A stretch of DNA of 64,000 nucleotides, from assembly GCA_030649935.1 (NCBI GenBank), contig JAUSFN010000031.1:6623-70622 (forward strand), in the 5' to 3' direction. Below are positions 1-11,042 of the stretch, one piece after another (the first letter of the stretch is position 1; each line of letters starts with the position of its first letter). The stretch comes from Candidatus Planktophila sp. GTDB taxonomy: Bacteria > Actinomycetota > Actinomycetes > Nanopelagicales > Nanopelagicaceae. The position numbers were made by a program, and so were the translations under genes. Below the pieces are notes generated by a model that ran no database searches, was not told the origin of the DNA, and worked only from the letters and a program-made list of their open reading frames with translations.

Positions 1-3000
1 ACATATATCGAACCGATAACTCCTGAAGTGATTGAAAAGATCATTGCTCATGAAAAGCCGGATGCAGTGCTGGCTACTTTAGGTGGACAAACTGCGCTCA
101 ATGCTGCAATCGAGTTATTTGAAAGAGGAACGCTTTCTAGATACGGTGTTCGTCTAATCGGCGCTGATGTTGCGGCTATAAACCGTGGAGAAAACCGCGA
201 ACTTTTCAGAGATATTGTGGCGAAAGTTGGCGGAGAGTCAGCGCTTTCAATTATCTGCCATTCTATGCAAGAAATCTTTGCGGCCGTTGAAAGCTTAAAC
301 TATCCAGTCGTCATTCGTCCATCTTTTACAATGGGTGGACTTGGATCCGGAATTGCCTTCGACAGAAATGAACTTGAACAGATTGCCGGTGCAGGTCTTC
401 GTTACAGTCCAACCTCTGAAGTTCTTTTGGAAGAATCGATTATTGGCTGGAAAGAGTATGAACTAGAGGTTATGCGAGATCACAAAGACAATGTCGTTAT
501 TGTTTGCAGTATAGAAAACGTTGATCCCATGGGAGTTCATACGGGTGATTCGATAACCGTAGCTCCTGCTATGACTCTGACTGACGTTGAATATCAAAAA
601 CTACGGGATTTGTCCCTCAACATTATCCGAGAAGTTGGTGTTGATACAGGCGGATGTAATATTCAATTTGCAGTTAATCCTGCTAGTGGCAGAATTTTGG
701 TTATTGAAATGAATCCGCGGGTTTCTCGTTCAAGTGCGCTTGCTTCTAAAGCGACTGGATTTCCAATCGCCAAGATTGCAACTAAGTTGGCAATCGGTTA
801 TACATTGGATGAGATAGACAATGACATTACCAAGGTAACTCCAGCCTCTTTTGAACCAACTTTGGACTATGTAGTGGTCAAAGTTCCTCGATTTGCTTTT
901 GAAAAGTTCGCAGATGCAGACCCGCGATTGACCACTACGATGAAAAGCGTTGGAGAGGCGATGGCTATAGGCCGTTCTTTTTCAGAGGCTTTGATGAAAG
1001 CGCTTCGATCACTAGAGCGTAAAGAAGCGATTTTTACCTGGCCGAGTGTGAGTGAAAGCGATAGGGATTCGCTTTTACATGCTATGCACACACCAACTGA
1101 GTATCGCTTGCAACAAGTGCAGCGCGCCTTGTGGGGTGGAGCGACGATTGATCAAGTATTCGAAGCAAGCAGAATTGACCCTTGGTTTTTACGACAGATT
1201 CAAACCATTAATGAACAGGCCGAATTGATTGCCCAGCCCGGAGAACTAAATGCAAATGTTTTGAAATCGGCTAAAGCCTCGGGATTTTCAGATAATCAAA
1301 TTGCATTACTTCGCGGGATTACCGAAGATGAAGTGCGTCAAGTGCGTCACCATCTATCTATTCGACCAGTGTATAAAACCGTTGATACATGTGCAGCAGA
1401 GTTTGAAGCTTTTACGCCTTACCATTATTCAAGTTACGAGGAGGAGAGTGAGGTTCAACCAAGAAGTACGCCGGCCGTTATTATTTTAGGTAGTGGGCCA
1501 AATCGGATAGGTCAGGGAATTGAGTTTGATTACTCCTGTGTTCATGCCTCTTTCGCACTTCGTGAGGCAGGTTTTGAAACAATTATGATTAATTGCAATC
1601 CTGAAACTGTTTCCACCGATTATGACACAAGTAATAGACTCTATTTTGAGCCGCTGACTTTAGAAGATGTCTTAGAGGTAATTCATGCAGAAACTCTGGC
1701 CGGTCCTTTATTGGGAGTAATTACTCAACTGGGAGGTCAGACCCCTTTGGGCTTGGCAGCGCATTTAAAAGCTAATGGAGTAGTAATACTTGGAACGAAC
1801 CCTGAGGCAATTAATTTAGCTGAGGAGCGCGGCGCTTTTGGAGAGATTTTGTTGGAGCAGAAACTTAATGCGCCTGAGTTTGGAATGGCTTCATCAGAGT
1901 TAGAGGCTAAGAGAATCGCAACGCGAATTGGGTATCCAGTTTTGGTGCGTCCGTCATTTGTTTTAGGTGGCCGAGGAATGGAGATTGTTTATGATGATGA
2001 AGCTTTAGGTGGTTTTATTACTAGAGCCACTGATATCACTCCCGATCATCCAGTATTGGTAGATCGCTTTTTAGATAGCGCAGTTGAAATTGATGTTGAT
2101 GCTCTATTTGATGGATCTGAACTCTTTCTTGGTGGGGTTATGGAGCACATTGAAGAGGCTGGAATTCACAGTGGTGACAGCGCTTGTGTACTACCTTCTA
2201 TGACCATCACTAGCTCGCAATTAGAGGCTATAAAATCGGCAACTTTCAAAATTGCTGATAGCGTCGGCGTTCTTGGTCTGATTAATATTCAATTTGCAAT
2301 TGCCGATGAGGTTCTTTATGTCTTGGAGGCTAATCCCAGAGCATCGCGAACAGTTCCATTTGTAAGCAAGGCTACTGGTGTGGCTCTGGCTAAAGCGGCC
2401 GCACGCATCGCGCTCGGCACATCTATCGCCGAGCTACGCATCGAAGGTCTCCTCCCAGATAGGGGAGATGGCGTTGCTAAGGGTGTAAGCGTGAAGGAGG
2501 CGGTATTGCCGTGGAATCGTTTTCGACGTACAGATGGACGAGGTGTGGATTCGGTCTTGGGTCCTGAAATGCGATCAACGGGTGAAGTGATGGGAATTTC
2601 TCCGGGATTTGGTGAAAGCTATGCCAAATCTCAGATAGCGGCCTTTGGTCCACTCCCAATAGCCGGGAAGGTTTTCATCTCTCTTGCCGATAAAGATAAG
2701 TTATCGGGTGTGGCACCAGCGGCAGGTTTAATCGATCTCGGCTTTAAAGTACTGGCTACACAGGGTACTTCTGAATTTCTAGCCCACCACGGAGTACCTT
2801 CTACTCCAGTTCGCAAAAACTCTGATGGGTCTGGTCCTATGGGTGAGCGAACAATCGTTGAAATCATTAACGCTGGTGAAATCAATTTGGTAATTAATAC
2901 TCCTGTTGGTCGTGGCACAAGAGCCGATGGTTGGCTAATCCGTACCGCCGCGGTTCAGCGCTCAATCCCAATCATTACAACGATTGCCGGTTTTAACGCG

Positions 3001-3072
3001 GCTGTGGAGGGAATTCGTTTTCTTCAATCCAATGAATTATCAATCAAACCTTTGCAGGAATGGCTTTCATAA
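1..3072 (+). CDS. carB: carbamoyl-phosphate synthase large subunit (5' end cut by window edge)
   Basis: The frame is open from nt 1 ([10 protein letters not shown]...). Two ATP-grasp halves carry [24 protein letters not shown] and [19 protein letters not shown], followed by a C-terminal MGS-like domain. pyr genes follow. Confidence 0.97.
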   Translation, partial: TYIEPITPEVIEKIIAHEKPDAVLATLGGQTALNAAIELFERGTLSRYGVRLIGADVAAINRGENRELFRDIVAKVGGESALSIICHSMQEIFAAVESLNYPVVIRPSFTMGGLGSGIAFDRNELEQIAGAGLRYSPTSEVLLEESIIGWKEYELEVMRDHKDNVVIVCSIENVDPMGVHTGDSITVAPAMTLTDVEYQKLRDLSLNIIREVGVDTGGCNIQFAVNPASGRILVIEMNPRVSRSSALASKATGFPIAKIATKLAIGYTLDEIDNDITKVTPASFEPTLDYVVVKVPRFAFEKFADADPRLTTTMKSVGEAMAIGRSFSEALMKALRSLERKEAIFTWPSVSESDRDSLLHAMHTPTEYRLQQVQRALWGGATIDQVFEASRIDPWFLRQIQTINEQAELIAQPGELNANVLKSAKASGFSDNQIALLRGITEDEVRQVRHHLSIRPVYKTVDTCAAEFEAFTPYHYSSYEEESEVQPRSTPAVIILGSGPNRIGQGIEFDYSCVHASFALREAGFETIMINCNPETVSTDYDTSNRLYFEPLTLEDVLEVIHAETLAGPLLGVITQLGGQTPLGLAAHLKANGVVILGTNPEAINLAEERGAFGEILLEQKLNAPEFGMASSELEAKRIATRIGYPVLVRPSFVLGGRGMEIVYDDEALGGFITRATDITPDHPVLVDRFLDSAVEIDVDALFDGSELFLGGVMEHIEEAGIHSGDSACVLPSMTITSSQLEAIKSATFKIADSVGVLGLINIQFAIADEVLYVLEANPRASRTVPFVSKATGVALAKAAARIALGTSIAELRIEGLLPDRGDGVAKGVSVKEAVLPWNRFRRTDGRGVDSVLGPEMRSTGEVMGISPGFGESYAKSQIAAFGPLPIAGKVFISLADKDKLSGVAPAAGLIDLGFKVLATQGTSEFLAHHGVPSTPVRKNSDGSGPMGERTIVEIINAGEINLVINTPVGRGTRADGWLIRTAAVQRSIPIITTIAGFNAAVEGIRFLQSNELSIKPLQEWLS

Positions 3073-3073
3073 C

Positions 3074-3910
3074 ATGGCTACGATAAATAAAGCTGCCGTG
3101 CAGATTAGGGCGACTGTAGTTGGCAACAAACGCGTTGGGCAGTATTACCAACTTATTATCAGCATCGGAGAAATTGCTAATCAATGTAGACCGGGAAATT
3201 TTGTAGCAATAAATGTTGGTGGAGAAAGTTCGCGGATGGTGCTTCGCAGAGCATTTGCGATCTCACGCGTTTCAGAGAGTTCATCTTTTGGAGGCACGAT
3301 GGAGTTGATAGTTGCCCCACATGGCTCCGGAAGCAAGTGGCTGTGCGCACAAAGCGAGGGAACGGTTTTAGATGTAGTTGTTCCGCTAGGAACCGCATTT
3401 GGAATTCCAACTGAGCCTGTTCGGGTACTTCTGATTGGCGGTGGATATGGATCCGCACCTCTTTTTGGTTTAGCTGAAACCTTACATGCGCGGGGTTGTC
3501 GTGTAGATATGTTATTAGGAGCAAGCACTGCAGGCAAAATTTATGCACCAATGGAGGGTAAGCGTGCAGTTAACTCGCTTCGAATTTTTACTGAAGATGG
3601 CTCCATGGGTCAGTTAGGTCAAGTAACCGATCCCATAAAATCTCTAATAGAGGATTTGGACATAGCCGTAATCTATTCATGTGGTCCGATGCCGATGTTG
3701 TCGGCGATTAATGAGATTACAAGTGGCACCAATGTTATCCATCAGTGCGCAGTGGAAGAGTCGATGGCATGCGGAATTGGAATCTGCATGACCTGTGTTA
3801 TTCCAGTAAAAGATGAGGCAGGTAATCTCTCGATGCTTCGATCATGTATAGATGGTCCGGTCATGGATGGCGCATCGATAGCATGGGAAAAAACCGGTCA
3901 GGTAATATGA
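3074..3910 (+). CDS. pyrK: dihydroorotate dehydrogenase (class 1B) electron-transfer subunit
   Basis: ATG at 3074 lies 1 nt after the carB stop. There is an FAD/NAD-binding fold and a C-terminal 2Fe-2S motif ACGIGICMTC...C. Position matches the Bacillus-type carB-pyrK-pyrD-pyrF order. Confidence 0.88.
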   Translation: MATINKAAVQIRATVVGNKRVGQYYQLIISIGEIANQCRPGNFVAINVGGESSRMVLRRAFAISRVSESSSFGGTMELIVAPHGSGSKWLCAQSEGTVLDVVVPLGTAFGIPTEPVRVLLIGGGYGSAPLFGLAETLHARGCRVDMLLGASTAGKIYAPMEGKRAVNSLRIFTEDGSMGQLGQVTDPIKSLIEDLDIAVIYSCGPMPMLSAINEITSGTNVIHQCAVEESMACGIGICMTCVIPVKDEAGNLSMLRSCIDGPVMDGASIAWEKTGQVI

Positions 3911-4851
3911 ACGAGTTAGATTTTTCGACCACAATTGGTAATGCTTGGTTTCCCTCGCCAATCTTTACTGCAAGTGGATGTGCAAGCTCTGGTCGCGAAT
4001 TAGCTCAATTTTTTCCACTTCATGATATTGGTGGAGTAGTCACAAAATCTGTAATGAACAAGGCCCGTCATGGAAGACCAACTCCACGTATGGCTGAAAC
4101 ACCAAGCGGAATGCTCAATTCAATTGGTCTGCAAGGACCTGGTATCGATGCCTTTATTGCTAAGGATATTCCTTACTTAATTGAGCAAAAGGCGCGAATT
4201 ATTGTTTCAATTGCAGGAGAAACCGTTGAAGAGTATGCAACACTTGCTCGAAAGTTACGATCTGTTGCCGGAATTAGTGCGCTCGAAGTAAATATCTCCT
4301 GTCCAAATGTCGAAAACCGTGGACTTGTATTTGCCTGTGATCCAGATGCTTCACGCAGAGTAATTGATGGCGTTCGTCGCACCATCGGTGGCGAAATTCC
4401 GATTATTGCCAAACTCTCACCCGATGTCACAGATTTAGTTGCTATCGCGCAAGGAGTAGTTGAATCTGGAGCCGATGCTCTTGCCCTCATTAATACTGTT
4501 CTTGGGATGGTTATAAATTTAGATACTATGCGTCCGCATTTAGGTGGCACAACTGGCGGTCTTTCAGGTCCTGCAATCAGGCCAATCGCAGTGCGTGCCA
4601 TATATCAAGTACATGCAGCTTTGCCAAAAACACCCATACTCGGAATGGGAGGAGTCTCTACTGGCCGTGATGCACTCGAAATGATTGCCGCCGGAGCAAG
4701 TGCAGTATCAATTGGCACTGCCAGTTTTACAAATCCTACGGCGCTAATTTCGGTTCAAAGTGAGTTAAAGGAGTTGTTGCGCATTAAAGGTTTTGAATCG
4801 CTACGGGGAGCAGTTGGATTTGCCCATCGGCCAGAAGGAGTTGTGCAGTGA
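3907..4851 (+). CDS. pyrD: dihydroorotate dehydrogenase class 1B catalytic subunit
   Basis: ATGA overlap with the pyrK stop. Motifs seen are PIFTASGC, PTPRMAETPSGMLNSIGLQGPG and NISCPNV (active-site Cys). Confidence 0.93.
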   Translation: MNELDFSTTIGNAWFPSPIFTASGCASSGRELAQFFPLHDIGGVVTKSVMNKARHGRPTPRMAETPSGMLNSIGLQGPGIDAFIAKDIPYLIEQKARIIVSIAGETVEEYATLARKLRSVAGISALEVNISCPNVENRGLVFACDPDASRRVIDGVRRTIGGEIPIIAKLSPDVTDLVAIAQGVVESGADALALINTVLGMVINLDTMRPHLGGTTGGLSGPAIRPIAVRAIYQVHAALPKTPILGMGGVSTGRDALEMIAAGASAVSIGTASFTNPTALISVQSELKELLRIKGFESLRGAVGFAHRPEGVVQ

Positions 4852-5555
4852 TGGAAACGAAGGCACCAATAGTTTTAGCCCTTGACACACCAGATCTAGA
4901 AACTGCGCTCGAATGGATAGAGGCGACACAGGGGGTTGTCTCTGTTTATAAATTAGGTTTGGAGTTCTATCTAACTTTTGGTCAAGATGGAGTAAGGAGG
5001 GTACTTGATCATACAGACTCTGATATTTTTCTTGATTTAAAACTCCACGATATTCCGCATACCGTGAGTGCGGCAGCGCTGGTACTTTCAACACTTCAAC
5101 CAAAGTATTTAACGGTGCATGCATCTGGCGGCCCTGCAATGATTGCGGCGGCCGTTGCGGCACTCCCATCTACCCATGTAACAGGCGTAACCATCTTGAC
5201 ATCTCTCTCTGAAAAGGATGTCCGGGAAATCGGATTTAAAGAAAGAGCACGCGAGAGTGCGGTCAAGTTAGCTTTGATTGCAGTTGAAGCTGGCGCGCGC
5301 GCTATCGTTTGTTCACCACTGGAGATAATGAGTATTCGCGCCGCCATAGGTAATGGAGTAACGATAATTACTCCAGGTGTTCGTCCGAGCAATGGAGCGG
5401 TCGCTGATGACCAGGTGCGCACTCTGACACCGCGAGAGGCAATTGAAAGAGGGGCGAACTTGCTGGTAATTGGAAGACCCATAACTAATCAGTGGGTTAA
5501 TGGTCCAGCAGCGATGCGTGAGCGGGCAGTTGAAATAGCGCAGCAACTTCGTTGA
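4848..5555 (+). CDS. pyrF: orotidine-5'-phosphate decarboxylase
   Basis: ATGA overlap with pyrD. Motifs seen are LALD, VYKLG, FLDLKLHDIPHTV and LVIGRPIT. Confidence 0.94.
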   Translation: MMETKAPIVLALDTPDLETALEWIEATQGVVSVYKLGLEFYLTFGQDGVRRVLDHTDSDIFLDLKLHDIPHTVSAAALVLSTLQPKYLTVHASGGPAMIAAAVAALPSTHVTGVTILTSLSEKDVREIGFKERARESAVKLALIAVEAGARAIVCSPLEIMSIRAAIGNGVTIITPGVRPSNGAVADDQVRTLTPREAIERGANLLVIGRPITNQWVNGPAAMRERAVEIAQQLR

Positions 5556-5583
5556 TTACAGTGTTGTACGTTAGATTTGAACC

Positions 5584-6456
5584 ATGGGCGCTCCTCCACA
5601 ACTCTCTCCCGAGGCACGCATGGCCGCCCTTGCTAAGGCTGCGCAGTATCGCAAACGCCGCGCTGAAATAAAGGCGAAAATTAAACGGGGTGAGTTCTCC
5701 ATCGACACTGTTCTAGAGATTGCCGCTAATGAGGATGCAGTTGCCAAGATGCGTGTTCGAGAGCTTTTAGAGGCGTTGACCGGGGTTGGTAAAGTTCGTG
5801 CCAGTGCTTTGATGCAGCGCTTAAATATTTCGCCTAATCGCCGGATTGCTGGTCTTGGCCGCCATCAAATTAAAGAGCTGAGGAGCGAGTTCATGAAAAC
5901 ATCGCATGCGGCTAAAGCTGGCAAACTCCTGGTCTTGTCCGGGCCTGGGGGAGTCGGTAAAAGCACGGTGGCTACACGTTTACGAAAATCCGGAGATTTT
6001 TGGGTTAGCATCTCAGCGACTACTCGTACACCTCGCTCGAATGAGCATGATGGCGTTGATTATTACTTTATCTCGGACGAGGAGTTTTCTCGAAGGCTTC
6101 GGAACGATGAGTTTCTGGAGTGGGCAGAGTTTGCTGGAAACAGATATGGAACTCCCAGCGCCGCCGTTAAGGAGGCGTTGTTGGCTGGACGCAATGTTTT
6201 ATTAGAGATTGAGATTGAGGGAGCCAAGCAGGTAAAGTCCCACGTCAATCAGGCGATTCTCGTTTTTCTTGAGCCACCCACGTGGGAAGAGTTAGTTTCT
6301 CGACTAGAGGGTCGTGGAACCGATACTCCGGCCCGTCGTGCGGAGCGTTTACAGATAGCTCAGGACGAGCTTGCCGCGGCCTCATTTTTTGATGTAGTGA
6401 TCGTTAACGACGCAGTCGAGCGGGTTGTGGAGGAACTGATAGCATTGACCTCTTGA
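5584..6456 (+). CDS. gmk: integration host factor MihF fused in frame to guanylate kinase
   Basis: Residues 1-103 resemble actinobacterial mIHF (PQLSPEARMAALAKAA...LLEALTGVGKVRA...GLGRHQIKELRSEF). Residues 104-290 are Gmk (LSGPGGVGKSTV, SATTRTPRSNEHDGVDYYF). No stop separates them. An internal ATG at 5893 is preceded by AGGAG at 5881-5885. Confidence 0.85.
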   Translation: MGAPPQLSPEARMAALAKAAQYRKRRAEIKAKIKRGEFSIDTVLEIAANEDAVAKMRVRELLEALTGVGKVRASALMQRLNISPNRRIAGLGRHQIKELRSEFMKTSHAAKAGKLLVLSGPGGVGKSTVATRLRKSGDFWVSISATTRTPRSNEHDGVDYYFISDEEFSRRLRNDEFLEWAEFAGNRYGTPSAAVKEALLAGRNVLLEIEIEGAKQVKSHVNQAILVFLEPPTWEELVSRLEGRGTDTPARRAERLQIAQDELAAASFFDVVIVNDAVERVVEELIALTS

Positions 6457-6491
6457 CCACATGAGCGTTAGAGATATGAGCGGGGAAAACT

Positions 6492-6740
6492 ATGGATGGC
6501 ATTACAAATCCACCAATTGATGAGCTACTAGAGAAAAGTGGTTCTAAGTACAGCCTCGTTCTCTATGCCGCAAAGCGGGCACGTCAAATTAACGCTTATT
6601 ATTCGCAGCTTGGTGAGGGTCTTCTTGAATATGTCGGACCACTTGTAGAGACGCATGTACACGAGAAGCCATTGTCTATCGCCCTTCGCGAGATAAATGA
6701 AGGCTTATTGGCGATCGAAAATCTAGAACCAACCGCTTAA
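6492..6740 (+). CDS. rpoZ: DNA-directed RNA polymerase subunit omega
   Basis: An 82 aa protein with [32 protein letters not shown], in the conserved position after gmk. Confidence 0.93.
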   Translation: MDGITNPPIDELLEKSGSKYSLVLYAAKRARQINAYYSQLGEGLLEYVGPLVETHVHEKPLSIALREINEGLLAIENLEPTA

Positions 6741-6755
6741 TCACTCTTTCATACA

Positions 6756-7940
6756 ATGTCAGGCGCATCCCGTGAATTAGTTCTCGGTGTAGGCGCAGGA
6801 ATAGCTGCATATAAATCCTGCGATCTACTTCGGCGCCTGCAAGATCGTGGTTATTCGGTGACAGTAGTACCAACACCATCCTCTTTAAACTTTGTCGGCT
6901 CAGCAACATGGGCTGCACTCTCTGGTCGTCCCGTTTCAACGCAGGTGTGGGAAAATGTTCATGAGGTTTCCCATATCTCTATCGCCCGAACGGCAGATTT
7001 TTTTCTTATCGCCCCAGCTACCGCTGATCTGATTGCTCGCATTGCTTGGGGACGCGCCGATGATCTTTTGACCTCTCTTGTATTGGCTGCGCAGGTTCCA
7101 ATTTTGATAGTTCCTGCGATGCATCCATCGATGTGGACGGCTCCAGCGACCGTGGCTAATGTCGCTCTTCTTCGAGAGCGCGGCTTCACCGTTATGGAGC
7201 CAGAGATCGGAAGGTTAACTGGCAGTGACATCGGTCAAGGAAGGTTTCCGGAAAGTAGCGCGATTATTAAGGAGTTCGATACTTTAACTGGATTCACACA
7301 AGATTTGCTGGGAAAGCGCGTATTAGTGACTGGTGGCGGCACGCGGGAGGCGATCGATCCCGTACGATTTATCGGCAATCGCTCATCTGGAAAGCAAGCG
7401 TTAGCAGTTGCTAAAGCGGCGCTTTTGCGAGGCGCACATGTTCAACTCATTGCAGCAAGTATCGATTCATCTGATTTATTAGGTGTTGAGGTAACACACG
7501 TTGAAAGCGCGGAAGAGATGGGCCAGGCTTTGTCGCTTCAATTTCCTACATGCGACATTCTTGTGATGGCCGCGGCAGTTGCAGATGCAAAACCTAGGCA
7601 CCTTCACTCTGAAAAGATTAAAAAGAATCAGTTGGAGGTAATTGAATTAGAGCCGACACCTGATTTATTAGCCAACTTGTCGGCCATCAAAACGAATCAA
7701 ATCATGATCGGATTTGCCGCTGAAACTAGCGAACTCATTGCATCGGCTTCAGCTAAGTTAATTGCTAAGGGTCTTGATGTGATTTATGTAAATGATGTCA
7801 GTGGTGGGGCTATTTTTGGAAAAGATACGACGCAGGGTATGATTATTTCGCGCACCGGTGCGCACATAGCGCTCAAGGAAGTCTCCAAAGACGCTCTCGC
7901 AAATCTTCTCCTTGATCACGCCGTCCGGCAGTTAGGTTAA
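6756..7940 (+). CDS. coaBC: bifunctional phosphopantothenoylcysteine decarboxylase / phosphopantothenate-cysteine ligase
   Basis: N-terminal flavoprotein domain ([26 protein letters not shown]) and C-terminal CoaB domain (GNRSSGKQ). Confidence 0.94.
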   Translation: MSGASRELVLGVGAGIAAYKSCDLLRRLQDRGYSVTVVPTPSSLNFVGSATWAALSGRPVSTQVWENVHEVSHISIARTADFFLIAPATADLIARIAWGRADDLLTSLVLAAQVPILIVPAMHPSMWTAPATVANVALLRERGFTVMEPEIGRLTGSDIGQGRFPESSAIIKEFDTLTGFTQDLLGKRVLVTGGGTREAIDPVRFIGNRSSGKQALAVAKAALLRGAHVQLIAASIDSSDLLGVEVTHVESAEEMGQALSLQFPTCDILVMAAAVADAKPRHLHSEKIKKNQLEVIELEPTPDLLANLSAIKTNQIMIGFAAETSELIASASAKLIAKGLDVIYVNDVSGGAIFGKDTTQGMIISRTGAHIALKEVSKDALANLLLDHAVRQLG

Positions 7941-7944
7941 ACAT

Positions 7945-9135
7945 ATGTCAAAGCGCCACTTTACCTCAGAATCAGTAACCGAAGGTCATCCAGACAAGAT
8001 TGCCGATGCTATCTCGGATGCAGTTCTTGACTCACTTCTCTCGCAGGATAGTAAGAGCCGTGTAGCCGTTGAAACGTTGATCACAACGGGTCAGGTGCAT
8101 GTTGCTGGCGAAGTAACAACAAATGGATATGCCGATGTTAATACGATTGTGCGAGATACCGTTCTCAATATTGGTTATGACTCTTCGGATAAAGGTTTTG
8201 ATGGAAATAGCTGCGGTGTTTCAATATCGATTGGGCAGCAGTCACAAGACATTGCTCAGGGAGTAAACGATGCTTATGAGCACCGAGTCGCAGCAGGTGC
8301 AGATCCCTTAGATTTACAGGGCGCTGGTGATCAAGGATTGATGTTTGGTTATGCATGTGATGACACTAAAGAGTTGATGCCGCTACCAATTTGGTTAGCG
8401 CATGCTCTTGCCCAGCAACTCTCTAAAGTTCGCAAATCAGGAGAGTTGGCATATCTTCGCCCAGATGGAAAGACTCAGGTCACTATTGAGTATCATGGCA
8501 ATCGCGCAGTTGCACTTGATACCGTTGTAATTTCAAGTCAACATTCCGAAGATGTTGATGTTGTTAAAACTCTGACGCCAGAAGTTACTGAGTATGTTAT
8601 TAAGCCAATTTTGGCCACAATCGAACTTCCCCAAAAAGATATGAAGATTCTTATCAATCCAACTGGTCGCTTTGTGATTGGAGGACCAATGGGGGATGCC
8701 GGTTTAACTGGTCGAAAGATTATTGTAGATACCTACGGCGGTATGGCACGACATGGTGGAGGCGCTTTTAGCGGAAAAGATCCATCTAAAGTGGATCGTT
8801 CGGCAGCTTATGCAATGCGCTGGGTTGCTAAGAACGTAGTTGCCGCAGGACTTGCACATCGATGCGAAGTTCAAGTGGCATATGCAATTGGAAAAGCCCA
8901 ACCCGTTGGTCTATTTGTCGAAACTTTTGGAACAGAAAACGTTCCAGTTTCCTCTATTCAAGATGCGGTACTGTCAGTGTTTGACCTTCGACCTGCTGCC
9001 ATTATTCGCGATCTCGAATTACTTCGGCCGATTTACGCTCTGACTAGTGCTTATGGCCACTTTGGTCGTGAACTCCCAGAGTTTTCTTGGGAGCGAACCG
9101 ATCGAGTTAGTGCACTGCAAAGCGCAATAAAGTAA
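7945..9135 (+). CDS. metK: S-adenosylmethionine synthase
   Basis: Motifs seen are [27 protein letters not shown] and [16 protein letters not shown]. Confidence 0.98.
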   Translation: MSKRHFTSESVTEGHPDKIADAISDAVLDSLLSQDSKSRVAVETLITTGQVHVAGEVTTNGYADVNTIVRDTVLNIGYDSSDKGFDGNSCGVSISIGQQSQDIAQGVNDAYEHRVAAGADPLDLQGAGDQGLMFGYACDDTKELMPLPIWLAHALAQQLSKVRKSGELAYLRPDGKTQVTIEYHGNRAVALDTVVISSQHSEDVDVVKTLTPEVTEYVIKPILATIELPQKDMKILINPTGRFVIGGPMGDAGLTGRKIIVDTYGGMARHGGGAFSGKDPSKVDRSAAYAMRWVAKNVVAAGLAHRCEVQVAYAIGKAQPVGLFVETFGTENVPVSSIQDAVLSVFDLRPAAIIRDLELLRPIYALTSAYGHFGRELPEFSWERTDRVSALQSAIK

Positions 9136-9138
9136 CAC

Positions 9139-11022
9139 GTGGCCATGCCGAGCCGACTGCGTCTTAAGGCGCAGTTAGTAGCTCGGCCAGAAGTGCGGGC
9201 AAGCTCAAAACCTTTTGCAAAGCTCTGGGTTGATAGTGGTGTCCTTCATCTAGGTTCACCTTTCGATTACGCCGTCCCTTTAAAAATTTCCGATGAAGTC
9301 CAGGTTGGTGTTCGCGTTCAAGTCCCATTTAATGGGCGCGAAGTTGAAGCACTTGTTCTTGAGCGTTTAGATTCAACTCACGTCACCGGAGTAATCAAGG
9401 AGATTACAAAGGTCCTATCGCCACATCCCGTGGCCACGGTCGCCTCTCTTGAGCTTTTTGCGGCAGTTTCTCGGCATTGGGCATGTAATCCCTTTGATAT
9501 TGTGCGCTCTGCGATTCCTTCTCGCGTTGTGAGTGTTGATAAATCATTTTTAGTGCAACAACAACCAACCGTATTGAATTCAGTGAATATTGACTCTGAT
9601 CGTTTTATCGCCTTTGAACCTGTGAGCGATCCGGCAGATCAATGTGTAGATTTAATTCTTCAAAAAGCTCAAGTCGGTTCGGTATTGGTAATAGCCCCCG
9701 ATGAGAGCGATGTTGATGCCATCTGTGAGAGTTTACAGAAATCCACAGTGAAATACATTCGTCTAGATAGTTCGCTCTCTCGTTCGAAAAGATATTCGAA
9801 CTTCCTTAAAACGATTAGGTCGCCAAAATGCATCGTAGTGGGGGCTCGCAGCGCTGTTTTTGCACCGATTCTAAATTTAAAATGCGTGATCATGTATAAA
9901 GAGTCATCATTTGACCACTTTGAAAAACGTAGCCCAGGTTGGAACGTTCGTGATGTGTTATCGCTAAGAAGCGGTCTTGAAGATTTTCAGAGAATTTTTA
10001 TGGGATATGTTCCATCTTTGGATATCTCTTTGCTTATAGAGAAAGCACAATTGAAGTACATTTTTCATACGCACCAATTAAATGCCAAGGCGTTTTCATC
10101 AAGTGATGGTGCGCTTCTTCCAGACCGAATCTTTAAGGAGATTCGCAAAGGGTTAAAGTTAGGACCGGTACTTTTTATCGTGCCACGTAAAGGCTATGGA
10201 AATGCGATCTTGTGCGCCAACTGCAAAAATGTTGCTGTGTGTGCTTGTGGAGCACGGCTTGCAGTAACAAGTAAAAACGCGGATTCTATCTGCCTGTTAT
10301 GCCATACAACTTATCCAGATTGGGCATGTTCGTGGTGTCGCAGTAGGAAGCAGTACATGGGTTCGCGAGGTATAGACCGTGCTGGAGAAGAGATATCGCG
10401 AGCTTTTCCAGGATTGCCTTTAATTCTTTCATTTGGCGAAGTAATCAAAACTTCTGTAGAAAATAGACCAGCTCTTGTTTTAGCAACTCCAGGTTCAGCG
10501 CCTAAAGTTAGAGGTGGGTACGGAGCGGTAGTGATTCTGGAAGGATGGAAGTTCTTCGCTCATTCTGATTTGCGGTCCCAAGAACGTGCACGTGAATTAT
10601 TCTTTGAAACTGCGGCAATGGCTAGTGCCAATGGGGTCTTGCTATTGAGTATTGATGAAAGCCACCCAATTGTTTCATCACTAGTTAGATGGAATCCGGG
10701 GGCCATGATTCGTAGAGAGCTAAAGGAAAGATTGGAAATTCCGCTGCCGCCTTATGTATCAAGCGTGACCATATCTGGAGATGCCAAGGAGTTCACAGTA
10801 ATTGCCACAGGGCTTCGAAAAGCGATTGAAGATGGACGCCTACCGCGTGAAATGAAAATTTTCGGTCCGAATGATGAAGGTCGAAACATCGCAAAAATAG
10901 TAATGTACTGCCCACTGGAAAAGAGAGCTGATTTGGCGGATTTTTTGCTTGAACTAGCACGGCGGCGAAGCATTGCTAAAAAGGATTATCTGACAATTAG
11001 ATTTGATCCATATTCGCTGTAG
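9139..11022 (+). CDS. priA: primosomal protein N' (PriA) homologue with degenerate ATPase motifs
   Basis: Position after metK matches other actinobacteria. The Cys-rich zinc region is kept (CANCKNVAVCACGARL...CLLCH...CSWCRS). No GxGK[ST] Walker A is present, and YKESSFDH sits where DEEHD is expected. Start is GTG 9139 or ATG 9145. Confidence 0.8.
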   Translation: MAMPSRLRLKAQLVARPEVRASSKPFAKLWVDSGVLHLGSPFDYAVPLKISDEVQVGVRVQVPFNGREVEALVLERLDSTHVTGVIKEITKVLSPHPVATVASLELFAAVSRHWACNPFDIVRSAIPSRVVSVDKSFLVQQQPTVLNSVNIDSDRFIAFEPVSDPADQCVDLILQKAQVGSVLVIAPDESDVDAICESLQKSTVKYIRLDSSLSRSKRYSNFLKTIRSPKCIVVGARSAVFAPILNLKCVIMYKESSFDHFEKRSPGWNVRDVLSLRSGLEDFQRIFMGYVPSLDISLLIEKAQLKYIFHTHQLNAKAFSSSDGALLPDRIFKEIRKGLKLGPVLFIVPRKGYGNAILCANCKNVAVCACGARLAVTSKNADSICLLCHTTYPDWACSWCRSRKQYMGSRGIDRAGEEISRAFPGLPLILSFGEVIKTSVENRPALVLATPGSAPKVRGGYGAVVILEGWKFFAHSDLRSQERARELFFETAAMASANGVLLLSIDESHPIVSSLVRWNPGAMIRRELKERLEIPLPPYVSSVTISGDAKEFTVIATGLRKAIEDGRLPREMKIFGPNDEGRNIAKIVMYCPLEKRADLADFLLELARRRSIAKKDYLTIRFDPYSL

Positions 11023-11042
11023 CAATTTGGTAGGATTGGGAA

